1,889 bases of DNA from NCBI GenBank assembly GCA_000004985.1, contig GG739312.1; one strand, 5' to 3'. Both the position numbers and the translations under genes were made by a program. Shown here piece by piece: positions 1 to 1,889 of the stretch. The first letter of the stretch is position 1, and each line of letters starts with the position of its first letter. Source of the DNA: Naegleria gruberi (Eukaryota). Under the pieces are notes generated by a model that worked only from the letters and a program-made list of their open reading frames with translations, had not been told where the DNA came from and did no database searches.

Positions 1-2
1 CT

Positions 3-551
3 CATTTTGGAGTGTTTAGTTCAATGAAATTAACTTGTCTCGACCTATACAGTAACACTACGACCGAACAAGATCTGATTCATATCAGTAGATTGAAGAA
101 TTTGAAATACTTGAATGTTCGTTATTGTGATATGGATGACAAAAGTGTTAAATATATTGGCAAACTCGAAAATCTTACACACCTCAATGTAAATGAGAAT
201 TACATTTCTGATAAAGGTGTTAAATTCATAAGTGAGCTCAAACAACTTGTCGAATTAGAGATTGAAGATAACCCAACGATTAGTCCACAGGGAGTTGAAT
301 TAATATGTGGTATGACTCAACTAACTCATCTCAATATCGGTTGTAATTATTTAAATTTTGAGAATACCAGAGAATTAACCAAATTGAAAAACCTGACATC
401 CCTCGATTTAAATGGAAATGAAATCGGTAACGCTACGTATTTGAGTGAGCTAAGTAAACTCACCTATTTAAATATTGGATACTCATGTATGAACAATGAG
501 AATGTAGCCGGAAAGATTTTTCCTCTGGTCTTTCGAGGAAAGTTTCGCTGA
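3..551 (+). CDS. Leucine-rich repeat (LRR) protein, probably truncated at the window's 5' edge. The ORF track starts it at a GTG at 12, but the frame is open back to position 3 and the first residues are already an LRR unit. The stop is TGA at 549-551.
   Basis: The translation shows about six tandem 22-25-aa repeats matching the LRR consensus LxxLxxLxLxxNxIxxxG. Examples are LKNLKYLNVRYCDMDDKSVKYIGK, LENLTHLNVNENYISDKGVKFISE, LKQLVELEIEDNPTISPQGVELICG, MTQLTHLNIGCNYLNFENTRELTK, LKNLTSLDLNGNEIGNATYLSE and LSKLTYLNIGYS. The frame is open for 180 codons in AT-rich DNA, where stop codons are frequent. The first in-frame ATG is at 24, and GGAG at 9-12 sits slightly far upstream of it. The antisense ORF at 45..245 is therefore spurious. 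Confidence 0.8.
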   Translation, partial: HFGVFSSMKLTCLDLYSNTTTEQDLIHISRLKNLKYLNVRYCDMDDKSVKYIGKLENLTHLNVNENYISDKGVKFISELKQLVELEIEDNPTISPQGVELICGMTQLTHLNIGCNYLNFENTRELTKLKNLTSLDLNGNEIGNATYLSELSKLTYLNIGYSCMNNENVAGKIFPLVFRGKFR

Positions 552-555
552 AAAA

Positions 556-579
556 TGTTTCCTGGAAATTCCAGTAAAC
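556..579. repeat. Left arm of a 24-bp imperfect inverted repeat (candidate left TIR). It contains the perfect 13-bp palindrome CTGGAAATTCCAG at 562-574.
   Basis: Positions 556-579 read tgtttcctggaaattccagtaaac. The reverse complement of 1824-1847 is tctttcctggaaaatccagtaagc, giving 21/24 identity. Similarity stops immediately outside both arms. Confidence 0.55.
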
Positions 580-833
580 AATATTGATTCATCCTTATTT
601 GAGTTGGTTTATTACCATAATGGCAAAAGTGACTGTATGTGAAGAATCCACCTTAATTTGTAATTTTTTGTTCTGAAGCAGCAAACCAATGATATTAGGA
701 AAAGACATCATGTACTAATTTACTATTTTATTTGATGAAATCAAGTGGAGAATACATAAAACAGATGTTGCTACAAGAAAACACAATGCTAATAATAAAA
801 ATATAATTTTAATTAATTATTGAAATAATTCAA

Positions 834-847
834 GGTGGAAAATCAGC
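834..847 (+). repeat. Copy 1 of the dispersed motif GTGGAAAATTCCAC (ggtggaaaatcagc).
   Basis: One of five same-orientation copies, all related to the TIR core TGGAAAtTCCA. Confidence 0.35.
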
Positions 848-874
848 AAGATTTACGACCTTGAAATTACCTTG

Positions 875-888
875 TTGGAAAATTCACC
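875..888 (+). repeat. Copy 2 of the motif (ttggaaaattcacc). It overlaps the left arm of the 879-901 hairpin.
   Basis: Motif alignment by eye. Confidence 0.35.
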
Positions 889-901
889 ATTAGTGAATTT
901 T
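879..901. repeat. Perfect 9-bp inverted repeat or hairpin, aaaattcac-catta-gtgaatttt. It ends in a T-run, so it resembles a weak AT-rich intrinsic terminator on the plus strand.
   Basis: The reverse complement of 879-887 equals 893-901 exactly, with a 5-nt loop. It is followed by ttttatt. Confidence 0.45.
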
Positions 902-913
902 ATTGATGGTGTG

Positions 914-1024
914 ATGATGATGACCATTAAGATATTTACCTTAATGATCGGAAGTGGACTTGCTGATGATATTGATGATAAAAGATATGATGAAGTGAAA
1001 ATTCCACAACTCTATGAATACTAA
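914..1024 (+). CDS. Speculative small ORF of 36 aa, MMMTIKIFTLMIGSGLADDIDDKRYDEVKIPQLYEY. It has a signal-peptide-like N-terminus (K, a hydrophobic core, then an SGLA/DD cleavage-like site) and an acidic tail. The frame is open from 824.
   Basis: ATG triplet at 914-922 preceded by ggtg at 908-911, stop TAA at 1022-1024. A 66-codon open stretch is about what chance predicts in 1.3 kb of this composition, so support is weak. Confidence 0.12.
   Translation: MMMTIKIFTLMIGSGLADDIDDKRYDEVKIPQLYEY
995..1007 (+). repeat. Copy 3 of the motif (gtgaaaattccac).
   Basis: Motif alignment by eye; 12/13 match to a perfect palindrome gtggaaAttccac. Confidence 0.4.
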
Positions 1025-1040
1025 GTGGAAAAATTCCAAC
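1025..1040 (+). repeat. Copy 4 of the motif (gtggaaaaattccaac).
   Basis: Motif alignment by eye. It lies 17 bp downstream of copy 3, and both are preceded by aagtg. Confidence 0.4.
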
Positions 1041-1139
1041 TCTTGATGGTGATATTAGACATCCCTAATGATACTATGTTGTTGAAATTCAATCATCATG
1101 ATGAAAATATATGGTGAATGATGAATACACCACCAACAA

Positions 1140-1153
1140 GGTGAAAACTCCAA
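1140..1153 (+). repeat. Copy 5 of the motif (ggtgaaaactccaa), more diverged.
   Basis: Motif alignment by eye. Confidence 0.3.
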
Positions 1154-1491
1154 ATATCCAAAAATTATTATTCGGAGTGTTGTTGATGAAGTATTTGAAT
1201 GGTACTATTCGAAGAAAGTTTGGTTGATGATGAAGTACATGTTGAAATATGGTCAATGTATATTTTGAATATATACATAGTATATAGCAATACATATTCG
1301 AGTTTCATAGATTGGAATTTTGTTTTCATATGATAGGTATTACAAATAATCCCACATTTGAATTTCTGATAATGGTCTAGTACATCGGAAGATATTGGCC
1401 AATTTAGTGAAAAATTAACTTTTGTCAAAATAATACTATTCTCAAATTAAAGTCTACAAATACTATTCTGTAGGTAAAAATTAATGATGAT

Positions 1492-1525
1492 GGTTGGTGT
1501 GTGTTCTGATGATGATTCACCAACT
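1492..1525 (+). other. Stem-loop with stem gttggtg/caccaac (7 bp plus a G-U pair). The 18-nt loop carries ctgatgatga. A T-run at 1530-1534 follows.
   Basis: Positions 1493-1499 and 1518-1524 are exact reverse complements. The loop contains C-box-like TGATGA and D-box-like CTGA motifs. Confidence 0.3.
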
Positions 1526-1636
1526 TGAATTTTTCCTATATCAAAATTACTATCTAATTCCATAACGATAAACTTCCACATAAAACTACTATCATTACTA
1601 TTATATTGATGATGTATAGATGATGAGGTTCAATTC

Positions 1637-1666
1637 TTGGAGTGGGAAGATGAAGAACCACTCCGA
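1637..1666. other. Stable, locally GC-richer stem-loop. The 9-bp stem is ttggagtgg/ccactccga with one G-U pair, and the 12-nt loop is gaagatgaagaa.
   Basis: Positions 1639-1645 (ggagtgg) and 1658-1664 (ccactcc) are exact reverse complements, extendable by two more pairs. This is the most GC-rich and stable secondary-structure element in the non-coding region. Confidence 0.4.
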
Positions 1667-1797
1667 AAATAAGCTACTCATAAAATTGATATTTTTTATG
1701 AATGCAAGATACGTCTTTGTTGAGTTTACTGTGAATATTCTTTCGATGTCTTTGAGGTTCAAAACTGTGCAATTAGCTTCGGACTCAAAACTATTAA

Positions 1798-1823
1798 GGA
1801 AGTATTGCTTCCGTTTTTATTTT
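1798..1823 (+). terminator. Candidate intrinsic terminator. The hairpin ggaag-tattg-cttcc is followed by g, T5, A, T4.
   Basis: A 5-bp stem with 3 GC pairs and a 5-nt loop, followed directly by tttttatttt. It ends exactly where the right TIR begins, at 1824. The stem is short and weak. Confidence 0.3.
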
Positions 1824-1847
1824 GCTTACTGGATTTTCCAGGAAAGA
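1824..1847. repeat. Right arm of the 24-bp imperfect inverted repeat (candidate right TIR).
   Basis: Positions 1824-1847 read gcttactggattttccaggaaaga, the reverse-complement match to 556-579 at 21/24. With a rough AT-biased random model I expect about 0.007 such matches in a window this size. Confidence 0.55.
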
Positions 1848-1871
1848 TTTCTTTAAGAAACTCTTTCCTGG
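1838..1871. repeat. A 34-bp near-perfect palindrome. The 10-bp arms ccaggaaaga (1838-1847) and tctttcctgg (1862-1871) flank a 14-nt centre, tttctttaagaaac, which is itself partly self-complementary.
   Basis: Read directly from the sequence. The right arm is a direct-orientation partial copy of the left TIR (tgtttcctggaa versus tctttcctggga). The core is TTCC(A/T)GGAA. Confidence 0.5.
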
Positions 1872-1889
1872 GATACCCCAGCCAGAAAT

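Larger units (their letters stand above)
556..1847. mobile_element. Candidate non-autonomous (MITE-like) element or decayed insertion, 1292 bp, bounded by 24-bp TIRs. It has no transposase ORF and is internally rich in GGAAAATTCC-type motif copies.
   Basis: The TIR pair at 556-579 and 1824-1847 bounds the segment. The left arm starts 5 bp after the stop codon of the LRR gene. The interior has no ORF longer than about 85 codons and none with protein-like composition. No target-site duplication is evident (left flank aaaaat, right flank tttctt). Confidence 0.3.

Noticed and set aside
45-245. Minus-strand 66-aa ORF (MFELTYEFNTF...)
   Set aside because: It is entirely antisense to the well-supported LRR CDS, with low-complexity composition and no domain features. 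It is an artefact of the open antisense frame.
559-574. Reading the palindrome after the LRR stop as a rho-independent terminator
   Set aside because: CTGGAAATTCCAG can form only a 5-bp stem with a 3-nt loop and is not followed by a T-run. It fits better as a DNA-level palindromic protein site or TIR core than as an RNA terminator.
905-1000. Specific C/D-box small-RNA gene call (C box gtgatga at 911-917, D box ctga at 963-966)
   Set aside because: Motif spacing is roughly right for a C/D-box small RNA. However, I could not find the internal D-prime and C-prime boxes at proper spacing or a terminal stem pairing the 5' and 3' ends. I left this as a hypothesis under the TGATGA-enrichment finding rather than as a feature.
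1089-1295. Minus-strand 68-aa ORF (MYCYILCIYSKY...)
   Set aside because: It has Tyr/Ile/Phe-rich junk-like composition typical of random ORFs in AT-rich DNA. It overlaps ORF 1168..1428 on the same strand in another frame. It has no RBS or domain signal, and its length is within the chance expectation.
1413-1418. Sigma70-like promoter hexamers (e.g. a minus-strand TTGACA with a TAAATT -10 at 16-bp spacing; a plus-strand ttgatg/tattat near 1599-1611)
   Set aside because: In DNA that is about 70% AT, matches to -10 and -35 hexamers occur by chance every few tens of bp. Without transcription start-site data none is credible enough to annotate.
1168-1428. Minus-strand 86-aa ORF (MTKVNFSLNWPISSD...)
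   Set aside because: The same reasoning applies. A perfect TTGACA hexamer at 1413-1418 on the minus strand falls inside this ORF rather than upstream of it, and nothing protein-like is visible. Length is consistent with chance.
1683-1690. AAAATTGA, the octamer known as the Mimivirus early-promoter motif
   Set aside because: It is a single occurrence, not positioned upstream of any credible ORF. The expected chance frequency in AT-rich DNA is high.
1620-1856. Plus-strand 78-aa ORF (MMRFNSWSGKMKNH...)
   Set aside because: It spans the stable hairpin, the terminator-like hairpin and the right TIR, and ends inside the palindrome loop. Composition is not protein-like. It most likely reflects an open frame across structured non-coding DNA.
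1797-1889. Minus-strand open frame entering from the 3' edge (…ISGWGIPGKSFLKKSFLENPVSKIKTEAILP, stop at 1794-1796)
   Set aside because: Only 31 codons are visible. The repeated KSFL is simply the 34-bp palindrome read in frame. The probability of such an open stretch at a window edge is about 0.08 per frame. I cannot support a gene call without sequence beyond 1889.
552-1889. tRNA, rRNA and CRISPR search
   Set aside because: There is no T-arm (GTTCRANYC) with matching stem or acceptor structure. GGTTCAATTC at 1627-1636 lacks a complementary T-stem. There are no regularly spaced direct repeats of 24-48 bp and no rRNA-like conserved blocks.

Overview
The window is AT-rich (roughly 30% GC) with one convincing gene. 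A plus-strand leucine-rich-repeat (LRR) protein gene occupies 3/12..551 and is probably truncated at the window's 5' edge. It consists of about six tandem 22-25-residue LRRs of the LxxLxxLxLxxNxI type, the eukaryotic-like SDS22/RNI class. Such proteins are typical of effectors in host-associated bacteria such as Legionella, Rickettsiales, Amoebophilus and Chlamydiae, and also occur in AT-rich protists and giant viruses. I cannot assign the organism from sequence alone.

Positions 552..1889 (about 1.34 kb) have no credible long ORF but are highly structured. The main observations are:
(1) A 24-bp imperfect inverted repeat (21/24 identical) at 556-579 and 1824-1847 brackets a 1292-bp segment that begins 5 bp after the LRR stop codon. 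A third partial copy at 1862-1873 makes a 34-bp palindrome (1838-1871) at the right end. This looks like the terminal inverted repeats (TIRs) of a MITE-like, non-autonomous element.
(2) Five same-orientation copies of a near-palindromic motif, consensus GTGGAAAATTCCAC, lie at 834-1153. The motif is related to the core of the inverted repeat, cTGGAAAtTCCag.
(3) The hexamer TGATGA is strongly enriched and strand-biased: 16 plus-strand copies at 905-1630, against about 0.25 expected and at most one on the minus strand.
(4) There are several hairpins: a perfect 9-bp inverted repeat at 879-901, a GC-richer stem-loop at 1637-1666, and a terminator-like hairpin with a T-run at 1798-1823.
(5) A 36-codon ORF (914-1024) has a signal-peptide-like N-terminus.

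I found no tRNA, rRNA, CRISPR array or transposase. The remaining six-frame ORFs in the non-coding part look spurious.
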